From: Picochlorum sp. SENEW3
Lineage: Eukaryota
Length of the DNA stretch: 64,000 nucleotides
Assembly (NCBI GenBank): GCA_034226945.1
Contig: CP120455.1
Coordinates: forward strand, 868,001 to 932,000
Direction of reading: 5' to 3'
The translations under genes and the position numbers were made by a program. The notes beneath the pieces were generated by a model. That model did no database searches. It saw only the letters and a program-made list of their open reading frames with translations, and was not told the DNA's origin. This document shows, one piece after another, positions 36,092-48,659 of the stretch; the stretch's first letter is position 1, and every line of letters starts with the position of its first letter.

Positions 36092-36170
36092 AGTGAAACA
36101 TATTACAACAGTATAGTAGTACAAAATAGTAATATGACAGGTAGTATAAAGTATGATCCCAGTTTTGCAA

Positions 36171-38369
36171 TCAAATTCCTGCTGTTTTACTTCTGAGTAC
36201 ATAGTATACTGCAATTCTGAGGACGATTAAAAAGGCAAGCAGTATCATGCCATTTCGGATGGCCTCCCCTTGGGAAGTGATGTCTTGTACAATGCCCAAA
36301 GAATTCCTGACATCATCCACTCTTTGGCAAAGTGAGCTCGATTCTGGGTTGTCCACATCAACTGCTTGGCACTGTTGTGATCCCGAGTCTGCAAAACATG
36401 CATACAATTCTGCGTTTCCTGCATCGAATTGGACGTATAGAAGGAGACCCAGAGAGTAGTATACAAATGATATGTATTTAAGCCAGGAAATCCACACGGG
36501 TATGCTCACAACAAAGTACCCAGCAGTCAAAATAAAGGCCAGCATGATTACTGTCGCAACTGCTTGGCTCGTTTTTGGATTCATGAACCATGATCCAAGG
36601 AGCAAGCCGTAGGACTGAGCAACGAACATGGTGAGAAGTAATGTTCCATAAATGCCAAAGAATGCTCCCGCTGAATATCGCAGTCCTGCCATGAAATAGA
36701 CAATAATCACAAAGGCAGTGGGTGTGGACATATCTGTTGGGAAATCTGACAATGTCCTTGCCACATAAAAGGCAGACAGTCTATACATTCCTGACCCTCT
36801 CTCTTTCAACATCATTTTTTGTTCAGCAGGGAATGTGAACAAGCTCACAAACATTGTTCTGAATGACAGAAACATGAGCATGAAAAATAAGACACCAATA
36901 GTATCTCTTGCATCCACAACTGTATTCCCTTGCCCTGCCTGCAGCCAAAACATTCCAGACAGGATAGCAATGATTAGCAGCTGTGCAATATCTTGCACAC
37001 CAAGACTCTCAAATCGTCTTGTCTTCAAACTCCTTTTGAACAAAATTGCCACTTGGGACGAATAATTCGTTCCCCATCGATCCCCTTTGTCCTTTCCACC
37101 CACCAACGAATCAAAATGTCTGAATGTAGTTGTGCTCGTAAACTTGGTGACTGTGCGCTCCTTAACTTGAACAGTACCATCTTCAATTGCTTTGACCATA
37201 TCCACAACTTCTTGTCCATTGGTTTTCTCATCATATCCATCCAAAGGATGAGACTGCAGGAAGTACTCAGTGCAATCGATAAGGTACTTTGTAGAATCTT
37301 CACCATTTCTTCCCTTTGAAGAAACCTGGGCAGAGGCAAGGTCCAAAATAAAATCTGCAGCATTCATGAGTGGTGGAATTTCAAAAGATAATTCGTCGAA
37401 ATACGACACCACTTCATACGCCTTTCCATAGTACAGGGTATGCCCACTGCTCAAAAGCAAAAGCTTATCCAACTGCTGATACAGCCTAGATGAGGGCTGG
37501 TGAATAGTTGTGATGATTGATCGTCCTCCCTGAGCAAGCTCTCTCAATATTTCCAAAAGCTGCATGGCTGTCGTGGAATCCAATCCAGATGTCGGTTCGT
37601 CCAAAAACAAAACACTGGGATTGATCAAAAGTTCGTGACCAACAGATGCACGCTTGCGTTCTCCACCTGATATGCCCTTCCTGAAGAACCCCCCAATGAT
37701 TGTTGATCGGCACCTATCCAGTTTTAACGATGAAATCACATTATCCACCCTTTCCAATTTCTTGGCCATGGCCATATCCTTTGGCAAGCGCAGCATCGCC
37801 GCAAAATACAATGTTTCATACACAGTCAGACTTTCATACATGAGGTCATCTTGCATGACAAAACCAATCTTTCTCTTCACTGATTTGTCCAAACTTTCTC
37901 CATTAAACATAACACGCCCTCTCACTTTCATGCTCTTCTGAGCTCTTCCACCCAGTATAGACAACAGCGTTGTTTTCCCAGATCCACTGGGCCCCATGAG
38001 TGCTAATATCTCACCAGGGTTGACACTCCCATGGATCCCATGCAATATTTGATTGTAGTTCTTCAACTTTTTGTCCATGTCCTCCTCGCTTGATTTATTC
38101 CACACTCTTGTCACCCCTTTAGCATATTTTTCCCACACGCTCTCCTTGGGAGCAAACATAGGAAGAACGTATGTACTGACATTTCGAAACTCCACCGCCA
38201 GTCGTTTCTCAACAGGCACAGATTCAAAGTTCCCCGCTGGAGACTCTGCATTTCCCCCTTCCAAATCATGAATCTGTATTTTATATCCACTGGAATCACT
38301 GGATCCGTCCATATCTTTGCCATACGTGGTGGGAGAGTCTCCTTCTGCTACTTGGACTTTGTTCGCCAT
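36171..38369 (-). CDS. ABC transporter G family half-transporter
   Basis: GPSGSGKTT, ISGGERKR, FLDEPTSGLDS, TIHQPSS and a C-terminal transmembrane domain. Confidence 0.93.
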   Translation of the reverse strand: MANKVQVAEGDSPTTYGKDMDGSSDSSGYKIQIHDLEGGNAESPAGNFESVPVEKRLAVEFRNVSTYVLPMFAPKESVWEKYAKGVTRVWNKSSEEDMDKKLKNYNQILHGIHGSVNPGEILALMGPSGSGKTTLLSILGGRAQKSMKVRGRVMFNGESLDKSVKRKIGFVMQDDLMYESLTVYETLYFAAMLRLPKDMAMAKKLERVDNVISSLKLDRCRSTIIGGFFRKGISGGERKRASVGHELLINPSVLFLDEPTSGLDSTTAMQLLEILRELAQGGRSIITTIHQPSSRLYQQLDKLLLLSSGHTLYYGKAYEVVSYFDELSFEIPPLMNAADFILDLASAQVSSKGRNGEDSTKYLIDCTEYFLQSHPLDGYDEKTNGQEVVDMVKAIEDGTVQVKERTVTKFTSTTTFRHFDSLVGGKDKGDRWGTNYSSQVAILFKRSLKTRRFESLGVQDIAQLLIIAILSGMFWLQAGQGNTVVDARDTIGVLFFMLMFLSFRTMFVSLFTFPAEQKMMLKERGSGMYRLSAFYVARTLSDFPTDMSTPTAFVIIVYFMAGLRYSAGAFFGIYGTLLLTMFVAQSYGLLLGSWFMNPKTSQAVATVIMLAFILTAGYFVVSIPVWISWLKYISFVYYSLGLLLYVQFDAGNAELYACFADSGSQQCQAVDVDNPESSSLCQRVDDVRNSLGIVQDITSQGEAIRNGMILLAFLIVLRIAVYYVLRSKTAGI

Positions 38370-38677
38370 CTGAAGATAGAACAAAGAGCACTACTGATAT
38401 GAGTACGTTTATAATTGTATATGAAATGAAAGAGATATGCTAAATGGCTCAATGCGTCTCTTGTCAAACTTCCAAGGCCGCGGTACGTCGTTGAACGACG
38501 GCAGGGATTCTGGATGCTCTAGATTCACTCACAAGAGTGATTATTTGACTCAATAATAACAATAAAAATAATAAAACAGTATTACGTATTTTAGAATGTA
38601 CAGACGAGGATGGATTGCCCATGGTTGAATAGGAATGTGACTGGATGCATTGTCACGCGGCTAACACGTGCACGCCA

Positions 38678-41309
38678 TCACCTCCTCCTGGACTTTTTCT
38701 TGTTTCTCTTCTCAGCTGCCTTCATTCCTCTTCTATCTGATCGCAATCGAGCATCTAGAGGTGGGCCCTTTTTCTTGTACTGATCTGAGCGAGAGGGCTT
38801 TTTCTTCTTGTTGGATCCTGACTTGGCTTGTCTGTATATCTTCTCAATCTCTCTCATCTTGGCCCGAGCAGGGACATCCTCTTGGTTTGCAATAGCCTCT
38901 GCCTTTTGTCGAGCTTGTGTGAGCTTATTCTGAAGCCTCTTTCTCTTCCTGGCTTTAGCTTCTGCAATCTTTTTGATGGGCCTTGCGTCTATGGATTGCA
39001 TTTGCTTCTTAGCATCATTGAATTCTGACCCTGTGAGGATGGGTGCTGGTCTCATGAACTTTTTCTCATCTTCTACAAACCATTTCGGAAGGTTTGTATC
39101 ATGGAATGCATATCTATTGTATGCAGATTCGATAAGCTCACTTTTCGTCTTCTTTCTGATGAATTTCTTTGCCAGAGCAAGAATTTCAGCCTTGGCGTCA
39201 TCGTCAAGCATGTCAAATTCTTCTGCGGCACTATCGCTTTCATCCTCAGACATAGGAACCACCTCAAAGTCGTTCACTCCGGTCGTGTGATTGGCATTTC
39301 TGTTTGTACCGCCAATCTCCCGCTCCTCCTCCTCCTCCTCTGAATCTTCTGTGTCGATTGCAGGCGCCATGTTCTTTTGATTTTGATCATCGGCATCATC
39401 GTCACTGACATCATGTGCGTCATCCTCTTTGGACTCTTCAGAATCGCTGGATTCATCATCTCCATCGAACACATCCTGCGAGAACCAAGTGTCAACTGGT
39501 GTGACTCGTTTCTTGTCACTATCGAAATCCACAAGGAGCTCGTTATCATCGTCACTGGTTTCCTCTGCTTGTTCTGATTCTTCATCTGATTCCCCTGTTG
39601 ATGATGACTTGTTTTCTTCTTCTTCTTCATCATCGCTCATCTCCAGTTCTCCTGACATACCTAGTCTTTTTCTCTTCTTTTTTAGAGCCCCTCCGTGAGT
39701 CATTCTTTGCCTGATCTTCCAGTCTTTATATGACTGTTCCAAATACTCATCCATCTTCTCATCATATTTTCGCCTCCTTTCATCCAGATCAGAATCAGAC
39801 GAGGACTCTTCTTCGTATTCATCCCTGTCGCTATCAGAATCTTCAGAATCATCAGGTACTCCTGTTTCTGCTACTTTTGAAACCTTTCCCTTCATTCCTT
39901 CGAGAGTGAAGAGGCTTTCAGGACCCACCAATGCATCCTCTCCAATTCCTTCTGCCTGAGCAAGTTGAGCAGACCGAATCCTGGCATTCATCTTTTGCTC
40001 TTTTCGCTTCTTCTTCTCTCTCTTCTGCTTTCGTTCTATCCTTTCTTTGATTGATTCCATCTCTTGCATCAAACCATCCTCCACATTCTCATCATCATGC
40101 TCTTGCTCTTCTTCTTCTTCTTCTCTGTCTTCTTCCTCATCATCATCAGACTGTCTTTCTTTCAACAATGTATCAACATCCTTTTTCACAGTTAATCGCC
40201 ATTTGAGCAGCTGTTTGAATTCAGATCTACCCAAAACTTGTAGATCAGAACATAATGTTTTGATTTCCTGTGTCGTTGCAGCATGCTGCAACACAAAATC
40301 CTGCATTTCCTCATCACCAGCTTTCACAAACGAAATCGTTGTATATCTCCCAAGCATCTCTACTGGATTATCCTGTTGGATGAAATCAGATGCTAGAATT
40401 TCCTTGTGCGTCGTTGATATCCCATCTTCGTATCCCTCTCGGAACCTCCTCTGTTTATCCTTTGCTCTCAACAATGCATCTGGCCCCTCAATCTTTGGCG
40501 CATCTTGAAAATCACAAAAGATATACTTGGAATCAAATATTCTCGGGTCGATCTTCGACGGAGCCTTATACCCCAAACACACCACGAAAATCTCAGCAGA
40601 CGCATTTCTGGATGCTGCTGGCTTTGTTGCCTCCACCTTTTTGAACAACTGCTTCAAAGCAAAAATCAACGCAGAATAGTCCTTCGATCGAAACACTTTG
40701 GTCACAAATACTCCGTTAGGGGCTAAAATATCAGATGCCATTCGTGCAGCTTCAAGAACCAATTCAGACTGAGTATATGCCTCGCTCGACCATGCCCCGC
40801 CAACATTTGGAGCACCATCACAAAGCACCACATCAATCAAGTTCCCATCAGTCTCCTTACGAATCATATGTCGACATTCCTGAGTCGTAATATCTCCTAT
40901 AAGTGTCTTTACCCCTGGAACTGCTTTGATTGGAAGCAAATCGACGCCGATAACGAGACTGCCAACTGGCATGTTCTTCACTGCTACTTGACACCAACCT
41001 CCTGGTGCAGCACAGAGATCCACCAACGTCCGTGCCCCTGACAGAAAATCATATTTTCTATTCAATTGGATTAACTTGAATGCAGCACGTGAGCGATATC
41101 TACGCAAGGTATTGAAAAACAAGTGTTATATTCGAGCATGCATGGTCGCTTGCCAACGACTGCCAGCCTGTCTCACTCATTCATGCAGCCATTGAAATTC
41201 TTAGAGGTCTATTAATGAATGAATGCTATTGCAAGATGACATACCCTTGTTCCTTGGCCAAGTGGTAAAATTTATCAAGGCGATGCTTTCCCTTTGTCTT
41301 TTTCACCAT
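38678..41309 (-). CDS. SPB1: pre-rRNA 2'-O-methyltransferase Spb1/FTSJ3 (2 exons)
   Basis: RLDKFYHLAKEQG|YRSRAAFKLIQLN, DLCAAPGGW, DGAPNVG, C-terminal ARPIKKIAEAKARK. Confidence 0.95.
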
Positions 41310-41516
41310 GGTTGCCCTCTATTTACATTCAATACACCTATGTACTAATACTAAATATTATTTTTGCAACTGCTGTGAGTACTGATCAAGCAGATACATC
41401 ATCAAATCAATCCCCGGTGTGACAGATGTTCTGCCCACAGGCTGTGGGCCACAGCCCATGCATGGACTGCACCACATCGATCTCTTGAATTTCATGCGCC
41501 TGGTGATCCTCATATC

Positions 41517-42749
41517 TTATACTATATATCCATTGGGATTCTGGCTTGCCCATTTCCATTGGTCCTCACACATCTCCTTGACAGTCAGCCTTGATTTCCA
41601 TCCCAATTCCTTCTCAGCAGTCTCCGTAGCAGCCCATACAGCCTCAGCATCCCCTGGTCTTCTATCAGTAAGATTCAGAGGGACTTTGAGTCCACTGGCT
41701 GCCTCAAATGCATGCACCATTTCCAACACTGTGGTTCCTGTCCCTGTGCCAAGATTGTATGGAACGCATCCCAGGTTCTTAGATCCTTCCAACTTCTTCA
41801 ATGCTGCCACATGCCCTTCAGCAAGATCAACTACATGGATGTAATCTCTGACGCATGTTCCATCTCTCGTGGGGTAATCTGTTCCGTACACGTTGAGAAC
41901 AGGTCTGTGGCCGAGGGCTACAGCTTGGACCCATGGCATGAGATTGTTCAGCATCACCTGATGCTCTCCAATCTTCCCGGACGGATGTGCACCAACTGGA
42001 TTGAAATATCGAAGCAAAATAATATTCCATTCGGGATCGGATGCCGCCAAATCTCTGAAGATGTCTTCAATAATGAGCTTGGTTCTTCCATAGGGGGAAA
42101 CAGCCTTCAAGGGGTGCTTCTCATCGATTGGTACGTACTGTGGATTGCCATATACGGTACATGAGGATGAAAAGACAATCTGCAAATACAAGATCATCAC
42201 ATGAGACGCAGGTATCATATCATGGGATTGTCCTACACCTACAGACAAGCATGAGAGAACAACACAAAGAAATCAAATAAACCTACATTCTTGCAGCCGT
42301 GTTTCCTCATAGCTTTCGCCAATTCTACTGTTCCAGCCACATTGTGATCATAGTATCGCAATGGATCATCCACAGACTCGTTGACATACTTTCTTCCAGC
42401 AAAATGGATCACAGCGTCAAACTTTTCGGATCCAAACAGCCTGTCCAGCGTATCATAATCACGCAAATCGGATTTCACAAAAGTCATATTGGATCCTTTA
42501 TCCCCTGCTAATTCTCGGACTCTTTCAATCGCCAGATCAAAGGAGTTGTCCAAGTTATCCACTACTGTCAACTTGTATCCATTCTCTAACAAGCAAAGGG
42601 CCGTATGCGACCCAATAAATCCTGAAATATGAATTATTAACATCATTGTTAGGACAATCGAGAGCGCATTGTTCATCTCGAACGTGTAGACCATGTGTCG
42701 CAAACGTACCGGCCCCACCAGTGACAAATATATTCCCAGGAACAGCCAT
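41517..42749 (-). CDS. UGE: UDP-glucose 4-epimerase family protein (3 exons)
   Basis: [54 protein letters not shown]. Confidence 0.92.
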
Positions 42750-43123
42750 TGTCGTCGTCTTTGACCACCAAAAAAGTCGTGTGATTACAAATGAAAAAAT
42801 GGATGAAAATGGACCAAGGACATACCTGAGAGACTTGATTCCGGAATCTTCAGTTGATTAAATGTCTATTTACGGAGATTTTCATGATGAACGACTCGGT
42901 CCCAGAAAAGGTATCGTATACTTCCCATCCCTGGTCAATATTGCTCATAAAGAATAATTCTTTATGACTTGAATGCGATACTGTCTGTCTCTACGATGAT
43001 GGTAGAGTAACAGTTGAGGACAACGGAACCAAAGGACACTGTACCAACCAAGCATAATTCTATGGTTGTGCGTCAAGGAATTCATGGGTTTCTATACTAG
43101 AAAGACGCAGAACATTATGTAGA

Positions 43124-44179
43124 ATGGCGAAACTGATTGGCATTATTATTCTAGCTCTCATGGCAGATGTTGCCCTCTGTACGAACTCAACGGCAACTTT
43201 TCTGGACTTGGTAGATATACGACAGCGAGTTGAGAATGACATCGGAAATAGTGATGTAGAGCATTATTTGGATGACCCAGACTTGTATTATGCGCAAGAT
43301 GGTGTCACAGAGGGTGATGATTCTTTTATATGGGCAGCAGAATCAACAACCCCAAGGGATGTCTTGGTGTCTCGGCCTGTACATATCTGGTTGTATGTTT
43401 CGGTGTACGAAGGGCTCATTGGGTCGCTGATAGCGCATTTTGATAGATTTGTGATGCATTATGCGAGTAGAGGTTTTGAGTTGGAGCGAATGATATTTTC
43501 CTTGGTCATGACCAACAGTGGGGTTGGTGGTACTGTATCTGAGAAAGACAGGAATATTCTCATACGCAAAGTGGAATCAATTGGAGCAGATTATCAGATT
43601 AATGTCGTCAATGTCGATGCTCCAGCCTTGCATGGCTTTATGAGTTCTCTGGTGGGCATGGAGCACATTCCATTGCAAGATTGGGTCTTCATGGCTGATG
43701 CTGATGAGCTCATCTCCTTTAAAGACAATGACACTGTTGTTGATTTTATAGACAATTGCGAGAGAGATGGGGCCAATTGTGCGATCGGAGCTTCCTCAGA
43801 AGCAAAAGAAATGAAGTCCAAGTATGTAGCAATGAGAGGGTACTTGAGGCGAGATGCAGAGACATCTCGCATCTTTGAGAATTTCGATGACCTGGAAGAG
43901 TATTTGAAAAATACACGAGGCATTTGTGAGCACGCAGATGATGATTTTTGTGTCGAAGAATATGCCTCGTACACGCCATACGACATCTGGTGGGAGTTTT
44001 ACAAATCCTCCAGGGTGGTGGGCAATGCATACTTGTGGTATCCCAGAACGAGCGATGTCCCATGCGCTATACACAGAGCATCGACGGACACACATGTCGA
44101 TCTACTGAATTTCCCCATAGTAGATAAAAGCACCATGGTGCGGATACTAGCAAGCAGAGATGTTACACAAGAGGTTTGA
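43124..44179 (+). CDS. secreted or membrane-anchored putative glycosyltransferase-like protein
   Basis: N-terminal hydrophobic segment. HFDRFVMHY...G and WVFMADADELI (DxD) resemble GT2/GT92-like domains; intronless. Confidence 0.55.
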   Translation: MAKLIGIIILALMADVALCTNSTATFLDLVDIRQRVENDIGNSDVEHYLDDPDLYYAQDGVTEGDDSFIWAAESTTPRDVLVSRPVHIWLYVSVYEGLIGSLIAHFDRFVMHYASRGFELERMIFSLVMTNSGVGGTVSEKDRNILIRKVESIGADYQINVVNVDAPALHGFMSSLVGMEHIPLQDWVFMADADELISFKDNDTVVDFIDNCERDGANCAIGASSEAKEMKSKYVAMRGYLRRDAETSRIFENFDDLEEYLKNTRGICEHADDDFCVEEYASYTPYDIWWEFYKSSRVVGNAYLWYPRTSDVPCAIHRASTDTHVDLLNFPIVDKSTMVRILASRDVTQEV

Positions 44180-45065
44180 AAGGAAAGTCTGGTCTGCGTT
44201 GCAGCCAATTATCATCCAAGTACGTGTACCCTTCTCCACCCTCTACATAATGTACACTAAATGCATGACGAGATTTTTCTGATGTATTCTCCTTGGAAAA
44301 ATGCACATTGGCACCATGCAGCAAAACCAGAGATCCTCGTGGTACTTCCAAAGGGGTGAAGGATTCCAAATCATACTCTGGCAGCTCCCCTTCAAATGAT
44401 ACAGAATTATCTTCTTTACTCCGAACAAATCGCTTATGAATGCCGTTTGTATGGCTCCCACGCAGTCCCCATAAACAACCGTTCAATACACTAGCGTCTT
44501 CTAAAGCAATCCACAAACCAACCACAGATTGAGGTTCAGTTGCCAGAAAACACCCATCCTGATGCGGCACCACTTCCCCTCCTATTTTTGGTTGCTTGAA
44601 GATGTACATGCTCTGAACAGGGAGAGGCTTTTGGTACCCTAATGACTGCAAGAGTCTCTTCACGTGTTCACTCCTAGCCCAGTCACGAAACTCTGGAATA
44701 ACATCATGCATTGCGTGTCCAATCTTATTGATCGCCACCTCTTTGGGTTTTTGCAAGTGACCAGTGTCATCCAAAGCCCCTTCTTCAAAAAATACATGCA
44801 CTCCATTGGCACTGTCCAAAAAGTATTGGTCACTCTTTTGGTTGCGCGTGGAAAAGACAGATAACGACTCTGGCTCGGTGAATTCATCTACGATATCATT
44901 TGCTCGACTTATCATCGACTGTATAACATGTTCTGGTACGAAATTATCCAAGACCAGGAACCCTTGTTCTTTAAACGTTGCCAACTGTTCTTTCTTCAGA
45001 CCTGAAAAGCCCGTTGTCCCTTTCCCTACCCTTCCTTCCTCCATAGATTCTTTTTTCACGCTCAT
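44163..45065 (-). CDS. PHYHD1: phytanoyl-CoA dioxygenase domain protein (PhyH family)
   Basis: INKIGHAMH, QSMYIFKQPKIGGEVVPHQD, GLWIALEDA..NGCL, H..NTSEKSRHA. Confidence 0.9.
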   Translation of the reverse strand: MSVKKESMEEGRVGKGTTGFSGLKKEQLATFKEQGFLVLDNFVPEHVIQSMISRANDIVDEFTEPESLSVFSTRNQKSDQYFLDSANGVHVFFEEGALDDTGHLQKPKEVAINKIGHAMHDVIPEFRDWARSEHVKRLLQSLGYQKPLPVQSMYIFKQPKIGGEVVPHQDGCFLATEPQSVVGLWIALEDASVLNGCLWGLRGSHTNGIHKRFVRSKEDNSVSFEGELPEYDLESFTPLEVPRGSLVLLHGANVHFSKENTSEKSRHAFSVHYVEGGEGYTYLDDNWLQRRPDFPFKPLV

Positions 45066-45267
45066 AATAATGTATTTGTTCTCTATGAGAGACTAGGCGA
45101 TGAAACTCGAGGTGACATGGCGTCCTTATTACTCCGTAATTAATAAAGTACAATCTCAAACCCTTGCTAAACGCATTCTGTATGCCTTGAAGCGTGCATC
45201 AAGGCTTGTTTTTAAATATAGATAGTCAATCGAAAGGCCTTTGAGGGGCTATTAAGGAGAGTGTGCA

Positions 45268-47507
45268 ATGGCAAGCGATCACGTGAATGCTGACGTTCAC
45301 AGTCCTACGAGTTCTAGCGATGATGACTCGATGGACGATATTCAGATCGATGATAAGGATATGAAGTTATTGATGGATCTAGAGGCTTCGCTGGAAGCGA
45401 ATCCACACGTATATGAGACCCATGTTGAGTTTATTGCAGTTTTGAGACGGTGCAAAATGATGGAGAGGTTGCGGGATGCACGTCGAAATATGCATCAGCA
45501 TTTCCCATTGAGTGAAAGGATGTGGTTGGAGTGGTTGGAGGATGAGTCTAGTACAGCCGCGACTGTGGAGGATGTGAGGAGTTTGGAACGTTTGTTGCAG
45601 GAGAGTCATGGTGACTACCTCTCTGTGTCGCTGTGGAAGGAGCATCTCCAGTACGTGTTTTGTACTTCTGCATTGTGTTTGTAGATGATTAGCATGAAAT
45701 TGTTGTTTTTCTTCTTTGTAGAGTTCTTCAGGCCATGTTGCAACAAGGTGGAGCAACTCTTGTTGATGTGAGACAGGCATATGATCAAGCACTTGAGCAA
45801 TGCGGTTTACACATGACAGAAGGCCACACTATTTGGGATATGTGCATAGAATTTGAAACATCTTTGGATAGTCCATCGAAAGACGATGAGCGAATTAGGC
45901 GAGTATTTCATCAGTATCTAGCGACACCATTTCCTCCAGATGTGCTCATGGCAGCCAAGGAATCATATATCTCATGGATAGGGTCCTCAGAGTCAGAGTC
46001 AGAGGAGGATGGTGATGATGTACCAAAGAATATGATGAAAGCTATAGAAAGGGCGCAGAGAGCCTATGAGCTGCGGGAAGAGTGCGAGAAGAATATCGAG
46101 ACTGCAAAGGCATCAGACCCTGGGAGTAATACACATCTCTCTGCATACATGTCCTATATCGACTTGGAAATCTCTGGAGGAGTGGATGAGAAGATTAGAG
46201 TAGTATTTGAGAGAGCTATCTCGGAATTCCCTGTTGCAGATGTTTTATGGAAAGACTACTTGAAGTATCTAGAGTTTGCAGCACAAACACATTTGTTGAA
46301 TGCATGCAAAAGGGCCTTGAGAAACTGTCCGTATTCGGGAGCTCTCTGGTCCGTATATGTGAGATCACTTTCAAAGAAGGAGGCTGTGCCTGATAAAGCA
46401 GTGTACGAGGAATTGAATGCGGCTTTTGAACAAGGAAAGGCATCTTTGCAGCACAGTCCTCATGAATATAGACAGCTTGTGCTTTCTATGGCCCATAGTT
46501 TGCGTCTGTCTGGGGACATTTACAAGAATCAATACGAAGAATTGTTACAGAAATCCATCAAAGAGATGAATAAGCAGCAGGCGCTCGATCCAGAACACAG
46601 ACTGACGTCTCTGTTGGTTGTTTCAATGGGTGATCTGGAGAAGGGGAAATTAGTCTGGGAATCTTTGCTGGTTGATTCTTCAATTGATGCTGCATATTCA
46701 GGTACATGGGTGTCATACTATGATTATTTGACGAGGCATGGAGATTCGTTCGAGACGAGAAGGGACGTCTTTGTGCGGGCCATGGGTGCAAGCATGTCAG
46801 AGGGAGACAAGGCATTCATCGCAAGGAAATGGATTGCCCTTGAAGAAGAAGAGGGCTCTCAGAGTTCCTATCTTGAGGCTCAACGAACAGTATTTAATGT
46901 GCTTTGGAAAGAAGATTTATTGCGAATGGGAATGCTTCATGGGAAGCAGAGCCCTTTTGATGCAGATGCTGCCAAAAAGAAGAGGCAACAAAATGATCCA
47001 AATTATGGTGCAGGAAAGCGAAAAAGACAAGAGCAACCTGTATCTTCGCCTCAAAATAAAAAACAAAAGCCACAGCAGCAGCATGGAAAGCTGATTGTGT
47101 TTGTGAAACACATTGTACCAACAGCAACAGAGGAGGACTTGATGAGTCTTTTTTCAGACTGTGGGAGACAGATCGATATCACAATTGGTCGTGATCCCAA
47201 AACGAATCGATCAAAAGGTTATGCATACATTAGATGTGGTGATCAAGAAGTATTCGACAATGTTTGTGCTAAAAATGGCCTAGAATTTGAAGGCAATGCC
47301 CTATTCATTGCCCCATTAGCCCCACCAAAAGGGAGAAACAAAGACAAAGCGCGGGACAAGCAGGGCAACCACGATGATGCCAGCACGAAAAAGGAGCGCT
47401 CTCAGAAACCTAGATTAGAACCAGCAGCTCCAATGATACCTCGGGCAGCAGCCATCGGAGCCCCTAAATCCAATGATGATTTCAGAAAAATGTTCTTGAA
47501 AAAATAA
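45268..47507 (+). CDS. SART3: SART3/Prp24 U4/U6 recycling factor (HAT repeats + RRM), 2 exons
   Basis: FPLSERMWLEWLEDE, DYLSVSLW, FERAI, RALRNCPYSGALW, RRM SKGYAYI, terminal LSM-interaction motif PKSNDDFRKMFLKK. Confidence 0.9.
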
Positions 47508-47867
47508 CCACAAGGGCTGTACAGCAAGCAGTTGATTTCTAGGAACAGTGGATACTTATACAAATCAATCATATGAAAAAGGAAGCCAAATACAGTCTGG
47601 CTGAATGTACACTGTTTGTTTGTTGTTTCTGCTCGCTCAGTGCTCTTTGACATGCATGTAAACATGCGTGCAATGAATCTATTCAACACATCCCATGCTA
47701 CAGTGGATTTATAGATTTACACGTTAAAAGAATATACACCATGCTGATCAACCAGCAAATACAGATATGATATAACTCAACAGGTTTCCCAATCAAACGC
47801 ATTGATTGGATCCTTTCAGTACAAGACTTTGACTGCATCCTTGTCCAACCATGCACATAAATGACTG

Positions 47868-48563
47868 TTACTGTCTCTGTCGATAAATTTCTATGCCCAA
47901 TGAATCTACAACTCCTGGAACAGCTACATGGGGTTTCTCAACCCTAATTCGAACAGACTCAACCATGTCACTTTCCTGCAGGATATCCTGAGCTATTCTC
48001 TCTGCTACAGATTCTATAAGATTGTGTGGTTTGCCCTCTACAATGTTTTTAATCATACTGCACCAAGAAAAACACCATTCTCGTACCATATACATGATCT
48101 TCGTGTGGCAGAATGCCAGCTAACGATTCACGCACCTGTACGTTTTAGCATAATCAATTGTATCATGGAGGTTGTCAGAATTCCCAGCGTTGCGTAAATT
48201 TGTGTACATTGTTGCATCAACAAGGAACTTTTGGCCCAATGTATTCTCCTGCGACAGCAACGTACATGCATGATGAGCTGCTACAAACATCTCGTTGTAC
48301 GTCGTAAACCCACTCTCTCATACCTCTGGTAGCACGCCATGGTACCCATGGAACACAAGTCCTTTGAGTCGAATACTGTCTCCAGCACAACAGCGTCCCT
48401 CTTCAGTCCCAGTGTGCATTAAACGCGCAAATTGTGCTTCAAAAATACTCTGGAAACACAGTGTTGGGGTCGATTCGATGGGAATTCATCACAAGCACGA
48501 AAACAGGCGTACCAAATTCAATTTCTTGCCACACTGCCGACGCATATGTCGGACGAGCAACAT
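47868..48563 (-). CDS. FOLB: dihydroneopterin aldolase with N-terminal extension (3 exons)
   Basis: DSIRLKGLVFHGYHGVLPE|ENTLGQKFLVD...INYA|...NLIESVAERIA...VEKPHVAVPG..SLGIEIYR. Confidence 0.88.
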
Positions 48564-48659
48564 TTTGAGGCCTATATATAGTATTGATTATATATTACAA
48601 TCATCATTAATCTATTACTGTCGGTGCTTATGCAAAAGAGCCAAATCAATGAATGATAT

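Noticed and set aside
47789..47809. Hairpin CCAATCAA/TTGATTGG in a convergent spacer
   Set aside because: An isolated 8-bp stem with no snoRNA boxes; expected by chance in 64 kb.
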